A stretch of DNA of 64,000 nt from Magallana gigas (Eukaryota). Below the pieces are notes generated by a model, which saw only the letters and a program-made list of their open reading frames with translations, ran no database searches and was not told the DNA's origin. This document shows positions 27,201 to 40,232 of this stretch, in pieces. The DNA lies in NCBI RefSeq assembly GCF_963853765.1, contig NC_088860.1, positions 3,038,001-3,102,000 on the forward strand, given 5' to 3'. The position numbers were made by a program, and so were the translations under genes. The first letter of the stretch is position 1; each line of letters starts with the position of its first letter.

Positions 27201-30200
27201 AAATTATAACAACTACTGATGAAAATCTGGAAGTTGCTGACACTTATAAAGGGAGAAAACTCTTCCCACTGTTCAGAAACATCACTGCTATATAACAGGA
27301 TCTGATCCTCTGTGTATCTCAGTGACCAGCAACTAGTTAATGATTGTCATTCCACTTCATTTTCACTGGTTTTGAAAAAAATAACAATTACAGAGTGTCC
27401 CCAACCTTGGTAACTCTTTTGATTGATATGAAAAGTACCTTAATGCAAAGAAAAGCAAGATGCATTGACAAATATCCACTGATGATTAGGTAACTTAGAT
27501 GTGAATATGTAACTTAGATGTGAATATGTAACTTAGATGTGAATATGTTACATTAAACGTTTAGACTTTATCAAGTTAAACTTATCTATTACAGTGTTGT
27601 TATAGATTAGTTTAACTTGATAAAGTCTAAACTTTTAATTTAACAAATATGTAACTCAGATGTGAATAGGTAACTTAGATGTATGAATATGTAACTGGTA
27701 CATTCTATTCTTGGTTGTGTTGATTTTTAATTTAAATATCAGACATAATGAGCATCAGGAATTTGATATGAACCAATTCTTGGACATTTGACTGTGATGA
27801 TTGAAGCTCCAAAAATCTGCTAGATGCCATAAATACAAAGGAAGTGTGAAGCATTCACTACCGTTCTTACAGAACATTTGCAATTCAATTAATTTACATG
27901 AGAGAGAGAGAGAGAGAGAGAGAGGTTTTAGTCTGCAACATCAAAGCGATCACAACTTCAAGACAACTAAATACATGTATTATGAGTGATATATGTCAGT
28001 AGACTGACATAACAACTGAGAATGGGACTTACGTTTAGGTTGATACTTTTTATGATATTCGCGCTTCACAGCTGACATGTACACAGCTCTGTTGACAACA
28101 AAACCAGGAGATGTATAGTTAACGATTCCAGACTTCCGCCTCTTTAGGACTGTTACTGGCGGTACTGCCTTAATTCCTCAAATCAAAACATCACTCTCCA
28201 TAGTTCATACAGTGATGGTTGTGTGTATATAGAAACAAACACATCTGACCTGTACACAAGTAAAAAATCCCCCCGATTGTTGTAGTAGGAATATTCCAAT
28301 ATCAGTCAAGCAAAAAACCGATCTTTAAACTCTGATCCTCGTTACTCCATTCAAATGATAATTGAGTTTTCCTAATGATCACGATGAACAGTCCTGTTTA
28401 AATACAGCAGGTAGTTCTGAAATCCCTTTGAAATGTTTAAATGCTCATTGATCTATGATAGAATAAAATGTCAGCTGATGAGAGCTTGTAAACTTGTCTA
28501 AGCCATCGCTATTTAAAAAACACATCCAATAAATGTTCTTTGGGATCCAAAAGGCTCTCATATAGCATGTATTGGGGGCGATAGAAATATAACTGATTCA
28601 TTTTAAACTGTGTTAGCTCTAAGGTTTCCTATTCATTGTACAGTGCGTACAATATATTTACAGGTTGAATCAAATTTCTGAATTTAAGGAGGAAAAACCA
28701 CCTTAGCAAGGGAGAGAAATTACAGGCAGGCTGAATTTAACTTGTCATATGCTCAGAACATAATCTTTAGGTCCTGTTAATGGTAACATGTTTAATAGAT
28801 TTTTAGTATATATAAAAACCATGCAATATTTTTTTTTGAGTATTGAGCCAAGATTATAAGAAGTTTACCTTTGAAGCCTCCTTTCTGTAAAATTTACATC
28901 ATTTACCCCCAAATTTTATCAATACGTTGCTAGACAAACTGCATTTAATAAATTCAATAAAAAGGATATTCCAAATTTTATTCTAAAACAAACTGTCATT
29001 TTTGATTAGAATTTACCAAATTTTGAGATTTTTTTTTTTTATTATTTTTGTTGCTATGATTTTGCTTTGCAAGGTTACTGTCAAAACAAATCTCATTAGG
29101 ACAAAAATTGCACTGAGGGGCAAAAAAGTCAAATTAAAAAGCGGCATAATCAGAGAAATAAACACTAACCATCACCCCCACCCCACCCCAGGCTTAACAT
29201 TTTTGAAATAGAACTGGATCGAGGAATTGAAACTATCACTTAGATCTGTTTGATCGAAAATTGACACAACATTTAACGTTAATTATCAGTGATATAACAT
29301 TGACAATAATTAAGGTGGTATGGGACACCTGTCGATATTAATGTTGATTTAAGTTCATTATAATTGAAATACTTTTGCCGGTTTAGAATTTTCAAATTTT
29401 ACAATATAGAGCCAAAAAATTTGTTTTAAAAAATTGGAAAGGCAAAAGTTTTAAAAACCCCATGCAGCGGGATTCGAACTCACAGTTTCATAGCGAACCC
29501 TCTAACCCACTGCGCTACGCTGTTAGTATTCTATATTGGGAAAGAAACTGTTTATAAAATTACACTTGATTTTATTGTTTATTTCGATAAACAGTACGTC
29601 ACAATATGGTAGTGTCTTTAAACAAAAATTATCGTAAAATTAAAGATAGTATGTGTTTCTTATTTAATCACCACTTTGAATCGGAAAACATGTTATTTGT
29701 CTTTGCCTCGTCTTCTTTGAACATATTCCTGTACACAGCCAGTAACATACCAGAAAGGTACTCATTACTCATATCCAATAATTGTTAGAAATCTATTTCA
29801 TTGATATTTGTTAACACAGTTCTGCGTGGCAGAAACTTGCGTGTGACGATTGAAATGAATGTGTGCAGAGAATCTCCTGAAACTTGGTGTGATTTCTCTT
29901 TGCAAGCAATGAAGGTGTTTGATCTGATATATGTGAACATCCCGCATGATATTATTGGCTGTCATAAATCGACTGGTCCTCGGTTTGATATCCGCCATGT
30001 CTAAACATCTTGTTCATAAATATAAGGTATTAAGCACGTGTCCACAAAACAAAACGCTAACTATTCGGTTCGGTCGGAGGAACTCTGTACCCCCCCCCCC
30101 CCCCCTCCTCCACACACAGTGGAAATACCAAGTCACCGTCTATTTTTGCTAAGCATAGTATCCTATAGTCAGTTATATGTTTAGACCTCATCCCCAATAG

Positions 30201-33200
30201 TCAACCTGGCTTGCACAAATTGCACAATAGTTTGAAAACGCAAGTCTTAAAAATGTCTTCAAGGCCGAGATACCTGCGTGTTCAATTATAAAGGATGCGG
30301 AAAAATCCATCTTCCGATTTAGACAATTCAAGTAAGTATAAATAAACAACAATTAATGCTTTGACGTCTCGAGTTTGTTTTAACATGACTGACATAAATC
30401 CATATTTTATAATGTTCCAAAACAATGGGATGGTTGCCTTATATTAGATCTTGTAGGCTAATTCTAAGTCTAAAGTTATATTCTAGCTGTTATTAGTATT
30501 TTGTTTTGATTTAACTTTATTTCAAAACCATTGAAGCTCCAAACATTTTACAAATTTTCACATGATCATCACAAATATTTTCCGGATTAAGCACCTTTAC
30601 AGTCCACGCTTTTCCATTCAGAATGGAGCAGAATCGACACCACCCTCACCCCTACTCAACCTCTCCGTTTACTCAGTACCTTGGGTTTGTCCGTCCCCCT
30701 CTCTGTAGATCCACGCCTTCTTGTGCAGCCGCCTTGGAGTCCACATTCAACACCTCCTTGGATCCGCTCCCTCATTAATACAGAATCCGCACCTCAATTA
30801 AATATAACGCTTAAGGATTTACGCGCAGCCTCATCGCTACATCCGAGATCTCAAACCGAACACACCCTTCGCACATAGTGTCCTATGGTGGACAGTATCG
30901 ATAACAAACCGAGTATATGTTCTGTAGGGACAGGAATATACCATGTTGCCAGCGGTATCTTGTAAAGTGTTAGGGATTAGCAGAACGTGCACCTCTAATA
31001 ACATAAGAACTATACAATCATTATATACGCGATAAAAATTAAATGTGCATGCTTGATTTGCAAGAGCGGTGTATGTGTGGGTTAGGTTTACATGTAATAC
31101 TTGTATACTATAGTTAGTAATCCTCTGAATTAACCTTAAAGGGAAGTTCCATACAGTTTAAGAGTTTTTAAATCAAACCTGTCCAGCAAAAGAAAACAAG
31201 ACAAGTTAATTGATTTTTTTAACAACACAATTTTACTTAGGTACGCTTGATTAAGTTTTAAACAAAGGAAGAAAACAACGTTGGGACTTTTAATAACTTC
31301 ATGGATCAATATTTAATAAAGATGTTAAAACTAAACTTGCATGCACATTCAATGTACCAAGAAAGAAAAACTTGCACGGGTTCAGAGACAAGGAAATACA
31401 GGTTCAAGGTTTCAGGTCAATGGGGTCAAAGTTCAATGAAATATTACGGTGTTAAATATTTCAGATAATAGGAAATGATTTCAATGATTAGGAAAAACAT
31501 GCATAATCGTCAAAGTGCGTGTAAATCAAAAAGCAATGTCGAATTTCAGCAAGGGAAATAGGTCATGTGTCAAAATCATCAGAGATGGCCGTTTTGGTGT
31601 TAACTTTATAGCAGAGAATTGCAGAAAGCAGTGACTAAATCATGACGAGGTAAAACAGAAGTTAGGACTTTGAAGTATGATGTATGTATCATAAAACCTA
31701 TGATGCAATCCCAGCTACCACCGTGTCTAGGTAGTTACGTTATAACAAAGGAACGCGATCCTAAACTTCAACGTTCTCAAATATAGACATATCATATATT
31801 AAACTTTGGGAGGTTTATTATTCCGTTCTATGAATACCAACCACCGACTGGTGGTTTAAGAAAAAGGAAATGAGATCTTAGGGAGGCTCGATGATCAACA
31901 AATTAACCATCAGATGTGACTTAAACTTTGACTTTTGGAATTTTTGGCCATGAACTACCATTTAGTGAAGAGAAAATCCAAATAGTCGAACTTTAAAATG
32001 TGATCACTTTCCAGTATCTTCATGCAGAATTCTTCTTCCAAAGAAGATTGAAAAAAGACTAAAAATGGCCACGACCATCGAACCCTCTTAAACTCCAAGG
32101 TTCGCAAACATCGAAATGTCATATAAATTACAGTAGTAACAATTGGACATTTGTTCTAAAGTTCTATAAGTACCAAGCACCGACTGATTAAGCCGAGTAC
32201 ATTGTCTCAACTTTCAGCCCAGTTATTATACAAAAAACAGGAACTGGTATCGTTTTTCAAAGAAAGAGTTCCTTAAAATCAGTCAATCGAAAAAAGGGAA
32301 ATGTTACTTGCTATGGAAATCTTAAATGCCTTTAAACACACAAAGAGTTGCGCCCCCCCCCCCCTGCACTCCTATACTACGAGCTTGAAGTGCTCTTGGC
32401 TGACCAAACATGTAAACATATGTAAATATATACAAACATAGATGCCTATCACTGACACGGCGGACGTGGCCAGTTCAGTTTTCCCGGCTTCCTATATCGT
32501 GACTGACTTACCCATTCTAAGCGACGCTAACCATAGCTGTTATCTCGAGGGATTCTCGCTTCCCGGAACTTCCTAAGGGTTTCCAGTGAGCTCCATGTTC
32601 AGTCGGGATTAGCTTGGAAGCATGACGTCAGCTGTCTTTGTTTTAGAGTTCAGCCGTTCTTCGTTATAATTACAGACCCCTCGTCAGACAATTAAGATTT
32701 GGTCCTTTTTGTGTCTCCATTGTGATCCGAATGATATTAAAGTTTCAGCAGTGTGGCGATAGGATCGATTTAATATCAAGTATCGCCAATACTGTTCCAA
32801 ATTGACGGGTTTATTTTCGAGACATTAACACACTCCTATCAGATACAGGGGTTTAAATAAAGTCATGATTAGTTCAACAAACGAATTTCTGAATTCACGA
32901 ACTTTTAAACAAAGATATTTCAACACAACACTCGATCAGCAAACATGAAAGTTAATAATAAACTGGGAGATTGCGCAATTCACAATGTGTATTGTAGGTG
33001 AAAATCAGGAATACTTGAACAATTCAAATCGAACAAACGTAATCGTCATTGGTTAGGATATGTCACGTGACCTCAATATTACATCGGTTGGGGGAACATT
33101 GGGACTCTTTTTTAAAAGAGACTGACCACATGTCAACATTGTCATCTGTGATACTAATATGAACGTCTAAAAGTGGTTTTAAAGAAAAAAAACACAAAAT

Positions 33201-33480
33201 GTTTTTCGAATGGCATTGAAGAACTTAAAAAACGTGTTGCAAAAAACTAAGCAACCCATTTAAAGCAAAAACAAGAGCAGATAAAGTAACTGGATTGACA
33301 GACACAGTACCGACACAGGTACTAGTATACTAGTATATATAAACGTACATGCGTATATGTACTCTAGCTTGTTATGGATTTCAACACTGGGTGGCTTTCT
33401 CCATTACCTGGCATCTACCTGTAGAAATGTCGACACTTACCTCCAATATAGTCCAGGTGCCTGTCGGAATCAAAATCCAT
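15730..33480 (-). CDS. ANKRD55: Ankyrin repeat domain-containing protein 55 orthologue: N-terminal ankyrin repeats and a Ser/Pro-rich tail
   Basis: Exons 33480-33441 (MDFDSDRHLDYIG, best first exon), 25505-25374, 24196-24066, 23567-23458, 22373-22313, 21843-21715, 21432-21248, 20681-20545, 18164-17743, 17158-16903, 16553-16445, 16165-15730, all with compatible phases. Translation is collinear with recalled human ANKRD55: DPSSLELEDSEG, GRTPLALATYQGWFEG, MTALHWAAFHNRPEH, DDRTPLHWAAAMG. The first-exon choice is uncertain. Confidence 0.88.
19324..19396 (-). mobile_element. tRNA-derived SINE-like head or tRNA pseudogene in an ANKRD55 intron
   Basis: Minus strand reads GGCCTGGATAGCTCAGTAGTAGTGC...GTGTTCGATTCCTGGTGCAGCCA. 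Boxes A and B are present, but the D and anticodon arms do not pair canonically. Confidence 0.65.
21012..21241. repeat. Two (CT)n microsatellites in an ANKRD55 intron (~21012-21062 and ~21173-21241)
   Basis: Direct reading of the sequence. Confidence 0.95.
22575..23066. mobile_element. Kolobok-like non-autonomous DNA transposon
   Basis: TTAA|AGGGGCATGGTCACGATTTTGGTCAAA ... TTTGACCATAATCGTGACCATGTCCCT|TTAA: ~27-bp TIRs, TTAA TSD, RR termini. Confidence 0.85.
23071..23376. mobile_element. MITE with a tRNA-like core, abutting the previous element's TTAA
   Basis: Starts GGTGGTATGAGACACC and ends GGTGGCCCATACCATC. Degenerate minus-strand box A/B at ~23215-23275. Homologous to 29314-29617. Confidence 0.65.
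27488..27695. repeat. 19-bp tandem repeat (GTAACTTAGATGTGAATAT) interrupted by a 72-bp inverted repeat
   Basis: Three copies at 27490-27546 and more at ~27650-27695. Perfect 23-bp inverted arms at 27560-27582 and 27609-27631. Confidence 0.85.
29314..29617. mobile_element. TTAA-flanked MITE with a tRNA-like core
   Basis: TTAA|GGTGGTATGGGACACC at the left end; degenerate right end followed by TTAA. Minus strand reads GTAGCGCAGTGGGTTAGAG...GAGTTCGAATCCCGCTGC at 29464-29518. Confidence 0.7.
31882..32087. mobile_element. Short MITE, inverted copy of 45691-45934
   Basis: Shares AAAAATGGCCACGACCATCGA and GACTTAAACTTTGAC (reverse complement) with the 45.7-kb copy. Flanked by TTAG and TTAA. Confidence 0.65.
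32623..32634. promoter_or_regulatory. Overlapping CRE (TGACGTCA) and E-box (CAGCTG) upstream of a candidate ANKRD55 first exon
   Basis: Motifs are read directly, about 110 bp upstream (minus strand) of ATGG|GTAAGT at 32515-32512. Function is inferred. Confidence 0.4.
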
Positions 33481-34860
33481 GTCATGTTTCCAAATAGCGA
33501 GAACGTTACTGCGGGTAGCTGTGTTAGCAATATGTTCCTTTAATCAATAGTGTCACCAACAGCACGGCTTGCTGTGTTTGTCTCATCAACCCAAGTCCTC
33601 CTCCACTAAATCCCGGGGCCTGGCATCAGCCAGCGCCGTAAAATCACTTTTTATATTTGCATTTCGGAGGCGATGCGAACTTAATTGATTTATTGGCCGT
33701 GTTGGTTCAAGGTTTCCAGTATCGTTCATCACGCAATAAGTAACGCTCATAATCTATACAATCTCTAAATTCAGACGAAACACGACCAGGTGAAGGCGAG
33801 TCGCATCATCTCACGATTATCAACAGAATTGAGTTGTTAAGAAGACAGTAAACTGGAATAAAGAACCAGTCCATCGCATGTCCAGTCTCTCTCACTTCCA
33901 ATCCGATTTCTCAATTCTTTGGGGTTGCCATTTCTTTGACTACCTTAACTGTTGGTACAAGATACAAAAGATGCCATCTCCGATATTCCGGTCTATACAC
34001 TTTCTACACTTAAAGCTGCTAATATTTTCACCTTATCAAAGAAAAGATATGCATAATAAATACACATTGTGTAATAATTACACATTGCAAATCGCTTCAT
34101 CGCTAATAACTAGTCATTTAACGTCATATTTCTCATTATCTGTTTTCGTCCGTCGTGCGTTAACAGTTCCAGATTTTTCTCTGAAAATTGCAATAATTGT
34201 CTTGACCAAATGAAGCATCCATAAGTGGTCAGGGTTCATGTGTGAGGGTGGATTTTTATTTTTTTGGGATCATGTTGTAAATATAGAGCAACTCTTTTAA
34301 AAACTTCTCCTCTGCTACTAGGAATTGAACATTAATATTAAGTCAATTGTTACGTAGGCAAGTATAATAAAATACCGGTACTTTCACCACAGTAGTCAGT
34401 CATAGACATTTTCGTTCTATCACATGAATTGGGCTTACATTTGTATTTTAGTTTCTCTTAACTACACCTTACCAATAGAAATGCAATAATACTTCCAGGT
34501 ATCAAACTTTTCTTGAAATTTCAGTTTGCCAGACGAAATTTTTAAAAATTCGTTTGATTCTCTTCCAATCTTTGAATTTTGGTTTTGATCAACACGAGTT
34601 TCTTTATCAGTTACATTATCATAATCTTCGTCGGAATCGTGTCGTACCCTTTGGCTCTTTGTTAAATTTGAAAATGCTGGGTTTTTGTTACATGTATATT
34701 TCTGAAGTAGCCTACATGTTTTACGACAGAAACATCAAATCAAACTCTGTTAAAAATAATCTATCTCAAGTCAGTATATATACATGTACACACAAAAATG
34801 TTTAAGTTCAATAAATGGTCCCTTATACAGTATGCCTGGTCAATGGTTTTAACGAGTACC

Positions 34861-34872
34861 CCCCCCCCCCCC

Positions 34873-34912
<40 letters not shown>

Positions 34913-34915
34913 CCC
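34861..34915. repeat. Poly-C followed by a (CA)n microsatellite
   Basis: Direct reading of the sequence. Confidence 0.95.
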
Positions 34916-35979
34916 AAAAAATATTACAGAATACATCTAAATCTAAATTCTTTAGTAAGTTGGTTAATAGGTAAGTTTTTGAAATGATTTTTCTAATTGT
35001 ACAATGGGCCATCACTCTAGGTTTGTGTTGCGTTTCCCATTAGATCATAATTAGACTATAAATATATCAAATATATGGATCACAGACCCACTCGTTCTAT
35101 AAAAGACATTGATGTTCTAAACAATGACATTATAACATATATACATGTACATCGTTTGCAAACGAATTTTTAAAACAATTATCAGATGTGTTGATATTTT
35201 TATTTTTCAATATCTAATCCATTTTGATACAGACACTTTACCTGTCTTATGCTTATATATATATGATATATATGATATTCGCCCATTTTTTGTTGTTGAT
35301 ATATTTCGGATTTAAGCCATGAATATATTGCAGGGCGAACCCAGGGAATCTATCCTCGCCATCCTTACCCGACTCCCCGAAAAAAATCATTTCGATATTT
35401 TTCATTTCAAAAAAATAATGTTTTTGATTTTATTGTTTAAAATACAGAACTTATAGATGTAATCAAAGCCAAGGTATGTTTCGTAGAAGTTTACATATAT
35501 TTAAAAATTCTGACAGGGTTGGTAATCTGGACTCCCTACCTTCTCCCTCCCCACAGGCACCTGACGATATATAAGTATATATTTTTTTCATATTATTAGG
35601 TAGAGGGTAAATATTTTTTGTTGTGACAAAATATATATAACGACAGGTACCTGTGCCCCTCTCTTCTTCCGCGTATCTATTGCGAAGGATTGTCTGAAGG
35701 ATTTATTTTGAGAAAGGAAAAAAAAATCTTTGAAATAAGGTTTCGTAATTTCTGTACACCACTCTAAAAACACGATAAAGGAAGTGAAAAAAATGTATTG
35801 CGAATAATAGAAGGTTGGACAAGTCCGGTTCCAGCATTTGTTTTATCACAACAATAATTTGACCAATGAAATTATTTCACGAACGTGTTTCCGGTTCCGT
35901 TGTAAACCGTTCACGTTGCATTATTTCTCGCAGGCAGCTGTTACTGCTAATTTGATGCAGTAAACATACAATCTGAAAG

Positions 35980-38900
35980 ATGCAGTTCGACATTAGAAGG
36001 TAAAATGAATCTAAAAAACAAATTTTAGTTGTGATCTTAGAAGTTGCATACACAAAGTGCAAGCTTTTTATATCCAATGGAAAAGTTGAAAAGTTTTGAC
36101 AGCAGACTGATCTGAGTGACCACTAAAGAATTACCTGATTTGTAACTTGTTCTGATAACTTGTCAGAGTAGACATCTGCTTTACCTATATACTGAAATAT
36201 AATGTGCATAATCCCCTCATTAATACTAAGAAAATGATCAAGGAATCACTTGGACATTGATAGATTATTAATATACCGGTATATTTTCATGGATTTTATT
36301 TGATGAGCTTTTACTGTTTTCTGCAAATTTAACAATGTTATTTTGAATTAAAAAAAAGGCACAGAATATGCATGAATACTGTTTAAGATGCACAACTTCT
36401 TTTATTGTTATCTTAACATAATGTGGTTGGACCAAATTAAGATATTTATAGCCAGTTGGGGTACAGTATCCTAGAAAGAGCAATCTTACCGTGACCAGAC
36501 TATGCTCAGGTCACAGTAAGAATTCGTCCTATATACTTGTACTGCAGCAGCCTCGAAGTGGATCTGCTTTGCGTTAATGTCTGTTAAAAGTAATCTGCAG
36601 GGGGAAAACACATTTTTATACATTACAAACCTTTTGGAACATGCATATGTAGTTAAGTCCACAAAATATCTATTTAATGGGTTGTACCAAGGCACTTTGT
36701 TTATATACACGTTTTAATTTGCCTGCCATTTTGTCGGAAATTGCACTAGGAATCTCTCAAATTTTATCATTAACATGGTGACTGTAAACAGCAAATTTTT
36801 TAACGTGATGTTAAAAGTGGCAGTGATTCCATTGCAAAAACAGTTAATGTGGTAAAATGGGATTATAAAAAAGCAACATTGTAGGTATTTGAAACCAATC
36901 ATTTGAAAGTTAAGGCAAGATACAGTGCAGTATATTTTTTTATTTTCGAGTTTATGAGTAGAATTTTATCGTTAAACATGGTCTATAAGACATCTAGTGT
37001 TTTAATGATAGAACATTCTATCTAACAGTATCCCAAATCAGACATAAATATACATAAATGAAAAAATATATTTCGATATTGCAAATCTTTAAAAGAAATT
37101 AAAGAATATACATACGGTAAGTTGCATCTTTTGGTCACCAAGTTTTTCTGTAACTAACTGTATTGGAGATTGATCCCTTAGTACCAGTATATCCAACTTG
37201 CCAAATTTACAAGCTTCCACATAGGGACTACATACCATTAATGGCCTTATAATGGAATTGACCTTTTTACCGGTAAACATGGTTAAAGAGAAAGGAGACA
37301 AATCTGGTGTAGTTCTTCCTCTGTGTTTTAATAATTCATTGTTTGATTTTTTCTTCAGGTGTGACTTCTGCTATACACTTCCTCTGTATATTGTAGCTAT
37401 TCATCGTCTGTTTTTTGTATTCTTTAGGTTTGACATCTACCGGAAGGTACCCAAGGATCTTACCCAGCCCACACTGACCGGGGCGTGTATCTCAATCTTT
37501 AGCGTCCTCTTCATTTTGTTCCTGTTCCTGTCCGAGCTTTCACTGTTCATCACTCATGATGTGTAAGTTTACGAAGTTGTGAACTATTATTCAATGTAAT
37601 GTAAAAAAAAAAGTTGCAACTGATATTGGTGAACTATATACATGTATTATAAAATCTTTATCATTATGCAAGTGGTTTCTATTAATGTGAAAATAGCCAT
37701 GTTAAGAAAACATTCAACAGGAGGCATACCCTCTCGGATTAACTGAGACAAAGAGAATGATGATATTTTTGTTCACAGAGTCAGTGAATTGACGGTAGAA
37801 GATCCTGTGAAACACTCAGAGAAAATCCCTGTCTTCATCAACCTGACTCTGCCTAATTTAAACTGTAAATGTAAGTATATCAGTTGCCAAATATCTCGAT
37901 GAACATTCCACTTACTGTAAATTCCTAACAATGGTAAATGCAAGAAAAAATTGGGGAATGTTGAGAAAATAACCATTTACAGGTTTTAAAATCTTGCTTT
38001 GTTTTTCTGAGAGTTGTTAACAGTATGAAACTCAAGTTTGGCACCAGTGATCACATATTCTGGCAAATTGATACAAATCGACAAAATCACAGAATTAAGT
38101 ACTCGCCTAAAATAACCAATTTACAGTTATCATTTGTTTTTCAATAATGAATTTTATAAAGAAAACTTTTGGCGTCTATTATTTGGTGCTGTTGAGTCTA
38201 ACTCCTTGTTTACCTCTTGTAGATTTAGGACTGGACATTCAGGATGACATGGGCAGGCATGAAGTTGGCTTCCAGGACAATACTCAGAAGTTTGAGGTCA
38301 ACGGAGGGAACGGCTGTAGGATGGAGTCTCATTTTCTCATTAATAAGGTGATGATCATTGATCAGGCATCTTGATTGTAATACTTGGAGGCTTGATTAAT
38401 TAACTGCAATTAAAGCAGTTGAATGATAATGTGTATCAAGAACATGCTGACACTATAAAAAAGTCTCGTTTTTAACCCAATTGAAAAGACATATTTTCTT
38501 TGCAACCAAAACAAAAGTATGTGTGCTTGAAATTTTTGTTGACAATTAAATGGGTTCCACATAAAAGCAGTGAAACCCTTGATTCATCAACTATTAACAA
38601 GAGATTAGTATATTATGATGTCTTCTTGACAATACAGAAATCTTAAATTTAATATAGCAGGGTATTTTTGTGTATGTACACACAGTCTTTCTATATTTTC
38701 ACTAGGTAACATTTGAACTCTTTTTTGTAAATGACAGTGCTAACAGAAGAATGGGTCAGAATTCACATCACATTATCTGACCATTCTGATTGGGATTTCT
38801 CTGTAGAGATTTGATATCCTGATAGACGACAGACAGTGCTGACACAAGCCTGGTTTCAGATTCATTTTGAAATATCTTACTGTTATTTTATTGGATGACA

Positions 38901-40180
38901 ACACCGAGACCAGTCTGGGTTTAGATTCATTGTTAGATGTCTGGCTGTTATCTTGTAAAGGCTGAGACCAGTCATGTTTTTACCAGAATTTTTTGGTTAT
39001 ATTTGATATCTTATATCCTTATGGATATCCACACTAAACAGTTTGGTTCTTTATTCATTGTATGATGTCTTACTGTACTCAACAGGTGCCCGGTAATTTC
39101 CATGTTTCCACACACTCAGCAGAAAGTCAGCCCGATAATCCAGACATGACGCATATTATCCACAAAGTCCGATTTGGAATGGATCTACAGGAGGGAAAAG
39201 TAAGGAGTCACAAAAAAGTTAAATAAATAATGGGATATTTACTAATTTACCCCTGTTTTGTTTTAAAGATAAAAGATGATTTAATTGCTGAAAGAATATT
39301 GTAAAGGACAATTTACAGGTCACTTGTAAGCATGGAGTAAGGATATTATTGTAAGGCAGAAAGTAATGTGTGTCTTATTATTAATGTGGATCAGTTTGTG
39401 TAAAGACAAACACCTCTCTATTCCAGGATGTCTCAGGATCATTTAATCCATTGGAAGGATTGGATAAAACCAAATCTCAAGGTTGGTGTAGAACGCATAA
39501 TCAGCTTGTGCAACAAGAGAATTTTGAATTGTCACGAATGATTTTGAAAGCAAAATAGTCTTGAAGAAAATCTTGATGGAATGTAAAAGTTTTCACTAGT
39601 TTGTGCATGTATTTTACAGCGATTGCTACACATGATTATATTGTGAAGATTGTGCCGTCCGTGTACGAGGATTCAAGAGGAAACTTACGCTATCCGTACC
39701 AGTACACTTTCTCCTACAGGGTAAGACCTGCAGGAAGTTCTGTTCATTCTTCAGTTTATTTTCTCTCGTTTCCTGTAAGTTAAAAAGATGCTGATTAATG
39801 AGCAACATGAATGTTGGTTATGTCACCCTCATTCACTGCACAATGAGAATTAACTGCATGGGTCATTAAGACTGATGTTGGTACACTTCCTTTATTTAAG
39901 GATGTTGTTCAGTATGGCCACGGAGGGCGAATGATGCCGGCCATTTGGTTCCGCTACGATCTCAGTCCTATCACAGTCAGATACAAAGAAAAGAGGAAAC
40001 CATTCTACACATTCCTCACAACAGTAAGCTATGGCTAAAAATATTTACTAATTCTGAAGATGGTTCTCAATTTAATTCAAAACAAGGCTTTATTTCCTGA
40101 GTAAAGATTTTGTCTTTGATTGATGATTTTAGCATATAACTCGTTTCAAAATATAGCTGATTTTCCCACTGGTGCGAGTC

Positions 40181-40232
<52 letters not shown>

